Assembly (NCBI GenBank): GCA_000004985.1
Contig: GG738880.1
Length of the DNA: 64,000 nucleotides
Reading direction: 5' to 3' (one strand)
DNA from: Naegleria gruberi
Taxonomy: Eukaryota
Of the stretch, positions 1-9,829 are shown in pieces. Within the stretch, counting starts at the first letter, position 1, and every line of letters starts with the position of its first letter. A program made the translations under genes and the position numbers. Under the pieces are notes generated by a model. It did not search any database. It was not told the origin of the DNA and saw only the letters and a list, made by a program, of their open reading frames with translations.

Positions 1-549
1 GAATTTTTTTTGTGCTTTGTTTTTATTTCCACTGAAAACAGCATCACTATGCATTGAATGAGCAGGCAACAAACGTTTTGCGAACCAACCAACATTTTCG
101 CTTACTACTCCAATCTCAACGCATTTCGATAATGAGAGGATGATGAAGTTTACTTGGTGCATGGTTGATAATTCTTCAATTGCGTTGATGATGGCAATTG
201 ATAAAGTGCATCATTTTGGATAATTTACGTTTTAAAGCTCTACACGTTTTATTACAATTATTCAAGTGTGAGGGAGTTAATCATCCTCAATCAAATTGTT
301 ACGAATTAAATTACTAAAATTATTGGAATGTTGTTTATTTGCTTGACTTTGTCAGAAGAGTCTTTCACAGCATACAGGGCATGGTTTCTTCTTTAAGGAC
401 GTCCACAACACTTTTAACTAATGTTGTGCTGTAAAGTTGATGCAAAACTAAGATGAACATCAATAATGTTTCCACAAGAAGAATATTGCATTGAACCATT
501 CTATTATTAACTCATCGATTCCTATTACAATAAGGATAACTTGAAAAAA

Positions 550-1761
550 ATGTCAACAACAATCCAATCATCATATGATGATTCAAGGAGTAATAGCTCT
601 CCTTCCAGTAATATTGGACCGGAAGCAGTTTCAGATCAACAATTGAAGGAGGAAATTTTAAAACAAATTAAATTATTGGAGGAGGAACATCAAATTACCA
701 TTCTCCTTGTTACAGATGTCGGAAGTAGAGCCTACAATTGGGAAAATCCAACAAAGAGTGATTACGATTTAAATTTTATTTATACGAGACATTGGAAGTA
801 TTACATGACAATTCAAAATAAGCCACAAACATTAAAGAAGGAAACGTTCATAGATTTGGAGAGTGATTATCTCATTAAAAGAACAAAGAGTTCACACAAT
901 TTTTATCATGATTGCAAGGAAGGAGAATTAACAAATCAAAAACTTAGAGTAGAGTGCAATTTTGTAGGATTTGATATCAAGTATGCAGCAGATTTCTTTT
1001 TCAAATCGAATAGAGCTATTGTATTTCTCCTTATGTCCCCTTGCGTATATTACGTTCATCCAAAGGCTCATTCTTTATTTTTTGATAAGTGGATTCCAAT
1101 GTGCCACACTCACGTTCAAAGAAGACATCACTTGCAAGAAATGATTCACATTGCTAGATACAACATTAATAGATATATCCTAGGAAGAAGAACTGTCAGA
1201 GTGAAATCATATCTCTACATTTTACATCACTTGTTCTATGTTTTATATTTGTTCAAGAGAAAGGATGAAGATTCTTTCAAGAAGAGGCTTCCACCTTTGG
1301 AATTTAAGTATTTATTCGAGGATTTAAAGGGAGACTTTATTTCTCCAAAATTGGCTGGACTTGTTGAGTTTTTAATGAAATTGAAAGTGAGCGGAGATAA
1401 TTTTTGTAAAATAGTCATTCCACCAGAGGAAGTTAAACCTGTGGAGATTAAAGAAAGTAAACCAACAGACAACACAGAAAATTCTGAGGAGGTTCCTGCT
1501 AAAAAGAAATCAAAGAAACAAATCAAAAAGGAAATTAGAGCTCAAGCCGATGAAAACCTCAAAAGTTTGGAAGATGATGGTTCTAAGAATGATATTCACG
1601 TTGGGCACAGCTTGGAAATTGAATTATTTACCATTTATTGGTATCGTAAAATGAATTATTGGATTTATCACATGGAAAAGGATTACATGGACGGAAATGA
1701 TGTTGATAAATTATTATTGGAAGCAATTGATTTGTATGAAGGGCCAGAGTTTAGCATTTGA
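550..1761 (+). CDS. Nucleotidyltransferase-fold (Pol-beta superfamily) protein of uncertain family with a Lys-rich C-terminal tail; true start is the ATG at 550 (the ORF track starts at a TTG)
   Basis: Seen: an uninterrupted 404-codon ORF. After a predicted helix comes the motif VGSRAYNWENPTKSDYDLNFIY, which fits the NTase-fold signature h-G-S-x(9-13)-[DE]-h-[DE]-h found in MNT, OAS, cGAS and Pol-beta-type enzymes. A basic KKKSKKQIKKEIR tract follows later. The family assignment is inference. Confidence 0.5.
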   Translation: MSTTIQSSYDDSRSNSSPSSNIGPEAVSDQQLKEEILKQIKLLEEEHQITILLVTDVGSRAYNWENPTKSDYDLNFIYTRHWKYYMTIQNKPQTLKKETFIDLESDYLIKRTKSSHNFYHDCKEGELTNQKLRVECNFVGFDIKYAADFFFKSNRAIVFLLMSPCVYYVHPKAHSLFFDKWIPMCHTHVQRRHHLQEMIHIARYNINRYILGRRTVRVKSYLYILHHLFYVLYLFKRKDEDSFKKRLPPLEFKYLFEDLKGDFISPKLAGLVEFLMKLKVSGDNFCKIVIPPEEVKPVEIKESKPTDNTENSEEVPAKKKSKKQIKKEIRAQADENLKSLEDDGSKNDIHVGHSLEIELFTIYWYRKMNYWIYHMEKDYMDGNDVDKLLLEAIDLYEGPEFSI

Positions 1762-1763
1762 GA

Positions 1764-3152
1764 TTACATAAAAGCATTTTTGATCTTCTTTTTCTGCTCA
1801 TTGGCCATCTTTTTCTTCCTTTTCTCATTGAGTTTTTCCTCTAATTCTATTCTTCTTTGCTTTTCCTCTTCCGTTTCAACATATTCAGATCTTTGACTTG
1901 TTGTTGGAATAGAACTTGATAGTTCAACTACATTAGTTGGTTGATTATCACTCACATTAGGCATTTGGGATGAATTATTTTCCTCATTAACTTCTTCTGG
2001 AATGAGTCCAGCATCATCTCCACCTAAACGTGAATCATTTCCTTGAGAATTAATACCCCCTCCAAAGGAATGTTGTGATTGCTCTCGTGTATCTGCAATC
2101 TTTTGTTTCTTACTTGTTTTTGGTGGTGAGAAGAGATGATTCATATATTTGGTATATAATTGTTGGAGGAGAGGATTCTTATTAGATTCGGTAGAATCAG
2201 TCTTAGAATTTGTGAATGAAATATCACACATGCCTAGAGAATCACTGACGAGCAGGATCTTATCCAATTGATCCAAAATGTCAGAATTTTGAGTGGAATT
2301 ATTAGCTCCACTATACATTTGTCTGAAATTAATAAGTTCTTGCTCCTTTTTCAAAAGAAGGGATTTCATTTGATCAATTTGTTGATTTTGAGTTTGAACA
2401 ATTCCAAGTAGAGGTCTAATAACATGATTCAATATAAATAAATTTTCCTTATTGTAAAATCTAATATTATTCAATTCGCTCTTTTGACTATTTTCATCTT
2501 GGTCTTGTTTTCTCTTTTTTGGATTTTCTTCCTCATCCTGAATAAGAATATAGGAATGATCAATTTCCTCCTGATCCTCTCCTCCCTTAGAAATATTAGG
2601 ATCAATACTATCACAATGAATTTCCCAATAGAAAGGTAAACTTATTTGTACTTGTGTTGGTAAAAGAGCTCTGATAGTAACTACCAATTTGGTTCTCTTC
2701 TTTTTCAGAGTGCTTGCATGAACGCTCTGAATAGAATCCATCAACATGTCCATCGCTGTTTCCTCTTCACAATTTTTCTCACCTCTCACTTCAATCTTTG
2801 GTTGATTCTTCTCCTGTATCGAATCCAAATCATAATGAATTAAAAACTGTTCAATTTGTTGGACCAAAGATTCAGCAGACATATTCAACCCCTTACAATA
2901 CTTGTTACTATCACTTTCAATTTCTTCCTTTTCATATCGTTTCTTCCAAACACATTTCATATTGGAAATATAAAGTACAAATCCATTCGTGATGGTTTTA
3001 AATTTTACAAAGAATGATTCACCCAACGGATCGACCGACACTGGAAGACGAATCCAATTAATATTCATGATTAATTTTTCATCGGAATCTTGAATTATTT
3101 TTTCAAAAGATTCCGAAAATTTCAAAGAACTTCCCAAGCTTTGTGATGACAT
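1764..3152 (-). CDS. Hypothetical protein: globular N-terminal head followed by coiled coil, with a basic tail that may be an NLS
   Basis: Seen: a 462-aa ORF with an ATG start. It has two beta-rich modules (FFVKFKTITNGFVLYISNMKCVW and LVVTIRALLPTQVQISLPFYWEIH), heptad-rich helical segments and a C-terminal EKRKKKMANEQKKKIK. Any relation to XRCC4/SAS-6-type head plus coiled-coil proteins is speculative. Its 3' end lies 2 bp from the convergent upstream gene. Confidence 0.4.
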   Translation of the reverse strand: MSSQSLGSSLKFSESFEKIIQDSDEKLIMNINWIRLPVSVDPLGESFFVKFKTITNGFVLYISNMKCVWKKRYEKEEIESDSNKYCKGLNMSAESLVQQIEQFLIHYDLDSIQEKNQPKIEVRGEKNCEEETAMDMLMDSIQSVHASTLKKKRTKLVVTIRALLPTQVQISLPFYWEIHCDSIDPNISKGGEDQEEIDHSYILIQDEEENPKKRKQDQDENSQKSELNNIRFYNKENLFILNHVIRPLLGIVQTQNQQIDQMKSLLLKKEQELINFRQMYSGANNSTQNSDILDQLDKILLVSDSLGMCDISFTNSKTDSTESNKNPLLQQLYTKYMNHLFSPPKTSKKQKIADTREQSQHSFGGGINSQGNDSRLGGDDAGLIPEEVNEENNSSQMPNVSDNQPTNVVELSSSIPTTSQRSEYVETEEEKQRRIELEEKLNEKRKKKMANEQKKKIKNAFM

Positions 3153-3246
3153 TTTTTTTAACGTTTTTTTAAATAAATGAAAAATATTATTTGTATTAAA
3201 GAATTTAAATATATTTAATATTATTATTTACAATATTTTACAATTT

Positions 3247-3763
3247 TTATTTACTAGCCAAATCTTTCAGGGACATGAATTCCTTGAATTGATCATAGGT
3301 AATTCCACTATCTAAATCAATTCCGGCCTTTGAAAGTAAATTATTAATATTAATTTCGCTCATACTCTCATCACCCATCAATTTTAAAATCTTAATTTGA
3401 TAATTTACAATTTCCATTACAAAAAATTCAAAAACTTACTTCTTTCAATTCTTTCCTGTCAATTGTGCCACTTGAATCCTTGTCAAAAGTTTTGAAAAAT
3501 ACCTTTAATTCATCCTCACTTGATTGCTGACTCCAAACTTTGACAAATTCCTTAAAATCAATCTTTCCATCTTTGTTAGTATCAACCAAATTGAACATTT
3601 CTTCCAATTCTTCATTGGTTGGAGCACAACCATTCAATTGAAACATTACTTGAGAAAGTTCCTTCTTGCAAATACTTCCATTTCCATCAAGATCGAATAG
3701 ACAAAATGCTTCTTTCAATTCTGAGAGTTCATCCTTGGAGATTGTATCAGTTTCTGATGTCAT
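3247..3763 (-). CDS. Calmodulin-like four-EF-hand Ca2+-binding protein, two exons: join(3763..3440, 3390..3247)
   Basis: Seen: three EF-hand loops in exon 1 (DLDGNGSICKKEL, DTNKDGKIDFKEF, DKDSSGTIDRKEL). The ORF then runs straight into GTAAGT. Splicing out 49 nt to the AG at 3392/3391 continues in frame and gives a fourth EF-hand-like loop (DLDSGITYDQF) before a TAA stop. Spliced length is about 155 aa, close to calmodulin. Confidence 0.7.
3391..3439 (-). other. Intron, 49 nt, GTAAGT...AG, in the EF-hand gene
   Basis: The donor GTAAGT follows directly after the codon GAA. Removing the 49 nt up to the AG at 3392/3391 keeps the frame and completes a fourth EF-hand. Confidence 0.65.
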
Positions 3764-4044
3764 TTTCTTAGAGTTTTATTTAGAGAGAGGTAAAGTGAGG
3801 TTGTTGTTTTTTTTCGAGTTTTCTTTGAAGGTTGTTTGATGGATTAAGAGACAACAGGAATTGAAAATGTCAAAAGGTTTCAACCGACTTGTTGTTTCAG
3901 AAATTTGTCGTAAATTCAATAAATTGATGGGTCTTCAGATCTTTTCATATTCTAGAGATCGATTTCTAGTATCGCTGTCTTCAATGATCGAATCTTAGAA
4001 AGTTGTCGTTGATATTCGAAAGTCGGATGATATGTTAGAGATGT

Positions 4045-5535
4045 TTATTGTTTAGAATTGATGCTCTTCAAAACTGCCTTCTCATAATTCTTCAAGAAAT
4101 CTTTGAATTCATTTCTAAAATCTTTCAAAACCTTATTCTCAGCCATGGAGTTACCGCTCCTTGGGGAGTTTCTATTCGATTCTTTGGAAATGGTGAGTTG
4201 ATATCTTTCAAAGGCAGGTATTAAATTCTCGCTAACTTCCTTTTGGATTTCATCAAATAAAGTGAGAGGAACTACTTGAGCTTCATTCTGAGCTTGTTCT
4301 TTGATGAAATTTTCAACTTTCGCATAACCTTTAGTCTTGACATAATTAGGAGAACCTCTTGGATTCAGATACTTCTCATATAAATGAATCATTAAGGAAT
4401 CAATCTTCCTATTTGAAGCAATACTTGTTGTTGTATTGATTGAGTAGGCATCACTTGATTCAGAAACAGTATCTTGTTCAACGATGGACGAATCTTCTGA
4501 ATAATCTTTCAATTCTTCCAAGAAATTTCTCATCGTTTGAATTTCTTGCTTTTCAGGACTCTTGAAATCTTGAATGTCTTCCAACAGGAAAATACGATTC
4601 AAATCATTACTCGAATCTCCATAATTTTGTAAACTAATCCACTGTTTCAACAAGGATCTCTGTACAACCGAACTCATCACATTTTGCAACTGTAACCTTT
4701 TTGCCTTCATGAGTTTCTTCCTTGAAACTCTTTCCATTCTCAAAACACTGACAAAAATTGCAACACCAATTGGCAATGAAATTACCAAACAAATTAAAAC
4801 TACAATTAAATAAGTAGTTGAATTGGATGCAATCAATTCATGTTGAGTATTACTGATATTTCTAATCTGTTCAACAAATAAAAAGTAATCATTTAGGAAG
4901 GAGGATTGACCAGAAAAATGTTCAGGTTTCATAAATAATTTGACACCTTCAGAATAATTACCTGCCAAGGTTTGTTTTAGAATGGCATCTTGAAGTGGGA
5001 ATAAATAGAGAGTACTTGCATCCTTACTTGAGTTTGGGAAAACTTTCTCAGCACTTTCAGGTAATAATTTAAAGAGCTCATTAAACGAATCAATCATTTC
5101 ATTTCTTGATCGATTGAACAATGAATATTTTGACAGATCTTTGGAGAGAACCACCAAATTCACTGCACTACTCATCTTGTTATACTGGAAAGCACTATCA
5201 CCAAATATTTTCAAAGTTCTAAATACGGGAAAACTTGTTTTGGCAAAAGTATAAATTGTAATAATTGCAATAATTACAACGCCAATGATTGCTGTGCTTA
5301 TTCCCAACAGTGAAACCAATCTCATGAAGTTTAATTCAACAATCTTTTGAAAACATGGTAATTTAAAACGAGCAGTGTTTGATTTGGCAGTTTCACTCTT
5401 CTTTGAGCTTTTAACTTTGGAACTTGAGGTAATTGACTTGATGGATTTCTTTGGAGAATTAATACAAGTCGAAATTGGTGGATTAATTCTTTCAGAGGAT
5501 GCATTGATAACTTGTACTTGGTTACCAGCAACCAT
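4045..5535 (-). CDS. Two-pass membrane protein with a glycosylated ectodomain and a C-terminal RGS-like domain
   Basis: Seen: ATG start and a hydrophobic helix LVSLLGISTAIIGVVIIAIITIY. The region that follows carries several N-x-S/T sequons. A second helix is TYLIVVLICLVISLPIGVAIFVSVL. The tail (FLEELKDYSED ... IHLYEKYLNPRGSPNYVKTKGYAKVENF ... LFDEIQKEVSENLIPAFERYQ) lines up with the helix 4-9 signatures of RGS domains (FL.sEfSeEN ... A..IY..fI ... FdeaQ..If.lMe.dsy.RF). This is a divergent match, so the RGS call is inference. Confidence 0.5.
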   Translation of the reverse strand: MVAGNQVQVINASSERINPPISTCINSPKKSIKSITSSSKVKSSKKSETAKSNTARFKLPCFQKIVELNFMRLVSLLGISTAIIGVVIIAIITIYTFAKTSFPVFRTLKIFGDSAFQYNKMSSAVNLVVLSKDLSKYSLFNRSRNEMIDSFNELFKLLPESAEKVFPNSSKDASTLYLFPLQDAILKQTLAGNYSEGVKLFMKPEHFSGQSSFLNDYFLFVEQIRNISNTQHELIASNSTTYLIVVLICLVISLPIGVAIFVSVLRMERVSRKKLMKAKRLQLQNVMSSVVQRSLLKQWISLQNYGDSSNDLNRIFLLEDIQDFKSPEKQEIQTMRNFLEELKDYSEDSSIVEQDTVSESSDAYSINTTTSIASNRKIDSLMIHLYEKYLNPRGSPNYVKTKGYAKVENFIKEQAQNEAQVVPLTLFDEIQKEVSENLIPAFERYQLTISKESNRNSPRSGNSMAENKVLKDFRNEFKDFLKNYEKAVLKSINSKQ

Positions 5536-5956
5536 TGTTTCACTTTTTTTTATTCTTTGAAAGTTAATTGAAAGTAAACAAAACCATCAAGTCCAAAAAC
5601 ACCCACCATCAAACATCAATGATACTTGTTGACATTGGATTCTTTTTTGGTCAATTATTCCATTAATAAAGATATCTTTATCGAGATAACATTTTCAAAC
5701 TCAAACTCATCGTTAGTCAATGTAGTTTATTTACATGTTGTCTAATAAAGTCCTCTGTCTTTTAATGTTAGTTTCCTTCTCTTTGAAATATTGGCTAAAT
5801 TATGTTATGGGCACTACGTTTACGTTTTTCTTGATGGAATGAACTAAATTGGTTGCTTATAATTGGGTGTTTGTTTTTCGAACTTGCGTATGAAGCGATT
5901 TAAGTCTCTTTTTATTCGAAATGGGTAAATTGTTTAGTCAATTACAACAATAAAAA

Positions 5957-7545
5957 ATGCAAGCAACATCTCCCACATCACCAAACACCACAACAGAGGA
6001 AGATTTTGAAGATAATGACAGTATTGTTGCTGAGGATGAAGAGAATGATAAGCAGATGAGAAATGTGGTATCGTATGGAGTGGGAGAAACTCAAGTTTCG
6101 TTTACTCAAAATCCACTTTCAGATACCTTTTCGTATTATGAGCCAGGAGAACACGCCAATACGAAACAAGGGAGTGAAAATGTGTGTCGTGGTGCTGTCA
6201 TTCGTTCATGGTTTCAGAAATTAAGAGAAAAGGATCTCATCATTCCATCCATGACTACCATTACACTTTTACTAATTATGGCATGTTTGATTGTAATAGT
6301 GGTTGCAGTTACAGCTCCATTCAAGGACATTACTACAGTGAACGTGGTTGATATTATGAGCTATCGTTCATCATTGTTGGCTGCTCATGTATCCATGAAA
6401 GGTTTTACTATCCAGTTTATTCCTATTTCCTCTACTATTTCATGAGATCATTTATGGAAGGGAGTTTACAAAATATGACGACGTTGCTGCCTCCAGAGTT
6501 TAAGCATGAATACTTGTATTATACGAATAATTATACGAATGCTTTCAAACAACCAACTGTTAAAGTGTGGGATAATGTGCTTATTGGTCCTACAATGTAT
6601 CCGTTCCCATTCACTATTGGAAATGAAACTGTAACATATTACTTGGTAGACAATCAAAAAATGGGACAAGCTCAACAAGTTTATTCTAGTGCAAACTATT
6701 CCACAATGCTATCTTCCTATGAGACATCGTTCTTCAATTATGTTGGAAATATCACAAGTTATTGTGAGAACATTTCAATCTCTACCAAAAACTATTACAT
6801 TGTAACAATATCAATGGTGGCATTCTGTTTGTTCATTGTCATCCCAACCATGATGTTAACTTTATTCTTTATTCTGAAGAAGGATAGAAAGAATGCAATT
6901 CAATTGAATCAAACAAGTGAAAATCTATTGAAAGAAACCATGTCTGATATGGCAACTCGACAGGCTTTCAAAATATTTTGTAACGAGAGAGGTTTTGGTG
7001 CTCACATCAATGCCATTGAGAAGATTATGTCATTTAAGGAACATTGTGAACAATCTCAGGAAATGCAAACGAAATTGATTGAAATTACTTCAGATTATGT
7101 CAATAAGGTTAATGCCATGCATGATCAAAACCATTTCAATCACAAAGGAGACAAAGTTAACTTTAAGATTGATGATAAAAAGACAAGAGCTATTTTCAAT
7201 ATTTCATGTGAAGCCGAAAAGAAAATCAAACATAAGGAATACATGAAATCGAGTTTAATTTTTGACATTTTGGAAGAAACTCAAGATGTAGCTAGCTCCA
7301 AAGTAACAAGTGAATTATTCTATGCCTATGATTGTTACAACAATAGAGAGAAAATGTTTCAAGATATTGACATTCTTCCCTCAATGATTATGGACAAACT
7401 GGAACATGAACTAAGTGATGCACTCATCAATACCCATTTAGATTTCAAGGCATCACTCAAAAACAATACCATGCTTTCAAATTCTGAACCACATCACACA
7501 GAAATCGATAGAGAAGAATTTGAGTTGGAGCTAGTCAATGTCTAA
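5957..7545 (+). CDS. Two-pass membrane protein with an N-glycosylated ectodomain and a C-terminal RGS-like domain; probably two exons, join(5957..6401, 6461..7545)
   Basis: Seen: the ORF track gives two abutting ORFs (5957-6445 and 6442-7545) in different frames. A 59-nt intron, GTTTTAC...GGAAG, reconnects them in frame (..HVSMK|GSLQNMTT..); the donor is weak. First TM helix: ITLLLIMACLIVIVVAVTAPF. The ectodomain is rich in NxT/S sequons. Second TM helix: IVTISMVAFCLFIVIPTMMLTLFFIL. The tail, ATRQAFKIFCNERGFGAHINAIEKIMSFKE ... KVNFKIDDKKTRAIFN ... LIFDILEETQD ... SELFYAYDCY, is RGS-like. A single-base frameshift in the assembly cannot be excluded as an alternative to the intron. Confidence 0.5.
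6402..6460 (+). other. Candidate 59-nt intron joining the 5957 and 6442 ORFs
   Basis: Phase-consistent GT...AG; the length is congruent to 2 mod 3, which the frame change between the two ORFs requires. The donor GTTTTA is non-optimal. Confidence 0.35.
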
Positions 7546-7629
7546 GCAAGCTGTTACCTGCGCGGACAATTTAATTAAGGGACAGTATAATTTGTAATCA
7601 AAAGGAATTGAGGAACTGTGACACTGTAT

Positions 7630-7637
7630 AAAAATCC
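7630..7637 (+). promoter_or_regulatory. TATA-like element (TATAAAAA) about 20 nt upstream of the first ATG of the 7657 gene
   Basis: Seen in the sequence. Position and orientation are appropriate for a core promoter. Functional status unknown. Confidence 0.25.
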
Positions 7638-7656
7638 TTATTTCAACAAATTGCGC

Positions 7657-9594
7657 ATGATTTTTCAAAAACACAAAAAAATGATTTCAAGCAATAACTC
7701 AATGTATTCAGAGCCTCAAAGGATGGCGATTGAATCACCTAATAAATTGTCGATCAAGATACAAGACGATGGATGTGGGATTGTATTCTTTTCAAAGGAG
7801 AAAGATGATCGGGTTGAGGTAAAGTTTCATAGAACTATTAGGCTTCCCGAAGATGATAAGAGCTATCCACTTCCCTCATCGATGGGATTATTTGCCATTG
7901 AGAAGGTTGATGATTATTTAGAGACGGTTCCTGAGGATTTCAAAAAGCATGGAGGTGTTTTTATATGTATACAACAGAGAGAGGCATTGAGAATGGAATT
8001 TGTCAATACAAATATTCATTTCCCTCATGCTTTGAAGATTGCTTCGGGAAAGATCAATGTATTGAGTGGAGAGGAATGGGATGAAAGGATTATAGAACGC
8101 CCAGTTCAAGATTATATTGTTTCACCAATGCAGAAGAGATTGGATGGAATTAATTGTGGTGGATTCAGAAAAGTGAAACAATTTGTGGCCATGCCTTTAG
8201 GAAAGGGTTACACTCTTGAAGGGCAATTAAGTACGAATGAAGAGGAATCAATTGGAGGTATCCAGATTATCTGTTTCAACTCTGACAGTAAGAAACGAGA
8301 GGAAAAGTTTGGACAAATTATTCCAACAAAACCAACCACTCCCAAAAAACCAATTCCAACAAATAAGGTGGTTCCACCAACTTCATCTGTTTCCAAACAA
8401 CCTCCAATGGTTAAAAGTTTGTCTGTAAAACAAAAGAAATCAACACAACCCACACCAAGTCCGAGATCTACTGGTCCATATTTATCGTCACCTTCTTCTC
8501 AAAGAAGATCAGCGTCTTCCAATGAGAAGAGTGGACCAGAAGAGATGGGAATTGCTCCTGGTGGCTCAATGAAACAGACCCTAGTAGCAGATCCATATAC
8601 TCCTCAATTCTGGGATGAACAAAGTAAAGCAAGAATCTTTGTTCATTTGGTGAATACAAAGATGTATACTCAAATCACTGGTAAGAGACCAACTGTTTCA
8701 CCAATAAGCAAGGAGACATACTTAAAACTCAATTATCCATGGTATGAACATTATGTTGAAGAGTCTGGGACCATTCCATCAAGTGAAATATTATCAGATA
8801 TCAATACAGTTAAAGAGACTGATGTCTCTCTATATGGAAAATCAAAAGACTCAACCACCTCAATAACTGTTGGAAAAATCATCAAGAAGACCACTTCAAT
8901 AGAAAAGGCTGATTTTATTCCTCCACCATTGCAAACAAAATCACATGCGTTTCGTGATATTTTGCCAAGAGAAATAGTGTTTCACATTGCTACCTTCCTG
9001 ACAGTTCCTCCTCTTAATAGATTGGCTAGATGTGACAGATATTTACTCGATTTGTTCTTTAATTTAACAGTTCCAAAAGTGTACTTAATTCAAAAAAGAA
9101 AACAAGAATTCAAGCAACAAGGGATTGAGACTGCAATAGTGTCGATGAAGGATATCTTTAAGGAAGATGAAGACTCACTTGTGCAAAAACTTGTCTGGAA
9201 ACCAATGGTATTATTCTACTTCCCAAGCTATCAAGAATCGTTAAATATCAAAAACTGGATGCATGTATTGAGGAGAAGAGTAACACATCTCATGAAAAAG
9301 TGCCCAACAGCTCTCCCTCTCACCAAACAAATGTCAACAGATGCATTCAAAGTTGATATGCCAACAAAGGATAGGAGGTTCATTGAGAATTGTGAGTGGG
9401 AGTATGAATGCCCTCTCAAGACAACTGACCTTAAAGAGGCTAGTACAGGTGTAAGGTATTGTCATGTTTGTAAAGAGAAGGTCTATGAAGTATTCACCAA
9501 AGAGGACTTTAAATCTCACATCTCACAAGATCACTGTGTCATGGTTACAACAGCTCCACAAAGACGAATCATGGGAAAAATAAGAATACAATAA
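7657..9594 (+). CDS. F-box-like protein with a Pro/Ser-rich linker and a C-terminal Cys/His-rich element; first ATG is at 7657 (the track starts at a GTG)
   Basis: Seen: a TATAAAAA element at 7630-7637, just upstream. An F-box-like motif is present: FRDILPREIVFHIATFLTVPPLNRLARCDRYLLDLF. A PTKPTTPKKPIPTNKVVPPTSS low-complexity tract follows. Near the C-terminus, CEWEYECPL...YCHVCKEKVYEVF...HISQDH could be a zinc-binding module. Function is inferred. Confidence 0.45.
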   Translation: MIFQKHKKMISSNNSMYSEPQRMAIESPNKLSIKIQDDGCGIVFFSKEKDDRVEVKFHRTIRLPEDDKSYPLPSSMGLFAIEKVDDYLETVPEDFKKHGGVFICIQQREALRMEFVNTNIHFPHALKIASGKINVLSGEEWDERIIERPVQDYIVSPMQKRLDGINCGGFRKVKQFVAMPLGKGYTLEGQLSTNEEESIGGIQIICFNSDSKKREEKFGQIIPTKPTTPKKPIPTNKVVPPTSSVSKQPPMVKSLSVKQKKSTQPTPSPRSTGPYLSSPSSQRRSASSNEKSGPEEMGIAPGGSMKQTLVADPYTPQFWDEQSKARIFVHLVNTKMYTQITGKRPTVSPISKETYLKLNYPWYEHYVEESGTIPSSEILSDINTVKETDVSLYGKSKDSTTSITVGKIIKKTTSIEKADFIPPPLQTKSHAFRDILPREIVFHIATFLTVPPLNRLARCDRYLLDLFFNLTVPKVYLIQKRKQEFKQQGIETAIVSMKDIFKEDEDSLVQKLVWKPMVLFYFPSYQESLNIKNWMHVLRRRVTHLMKKCPTALPLTKQMSTDAFKVDMPTKDRRFIENCEWEYECPLKTTDLKEASTGVRYCHVCKEKVYEVFTKEDFKSHISQDHCVMVTTAPQRRIMGKIRIQ

Positions 9595-9829
9595 TACTCG
9601 AAGTTCCCTCTTTCAGTCTTTAAAACACCAAGATCTGTTCTCCAATATTTATTGATAAAAATCGCTGCTTAGTAAACATTGATTCATGTGGAATACTTGA
9701 TCGATTCCTCATTCCTTTGTTGAGTGTGTTCAATGATGGAACACCACAATTCATTGATCTTGTCTAAATGGTTCTTTTTCTGGTTAAAACGGTATGTAAA
9801 GTTTGTCTGTTTATTAAGTAATTGCCATC

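Noticed and set aside
1236-1526. Antisense ORFs of 60-200 aa nested inside long genes (e.g. 1236-1526, 2798-2992, 13815-14066, 16631-17324, 53209-53805, 56608-57174, 61677-62048, 62882-63181)
   Set aside because: All lie opposite much longer ORFs that carry recognisable domains. They are low-complexity or frame-shadow products typical of AT-rich sequence.
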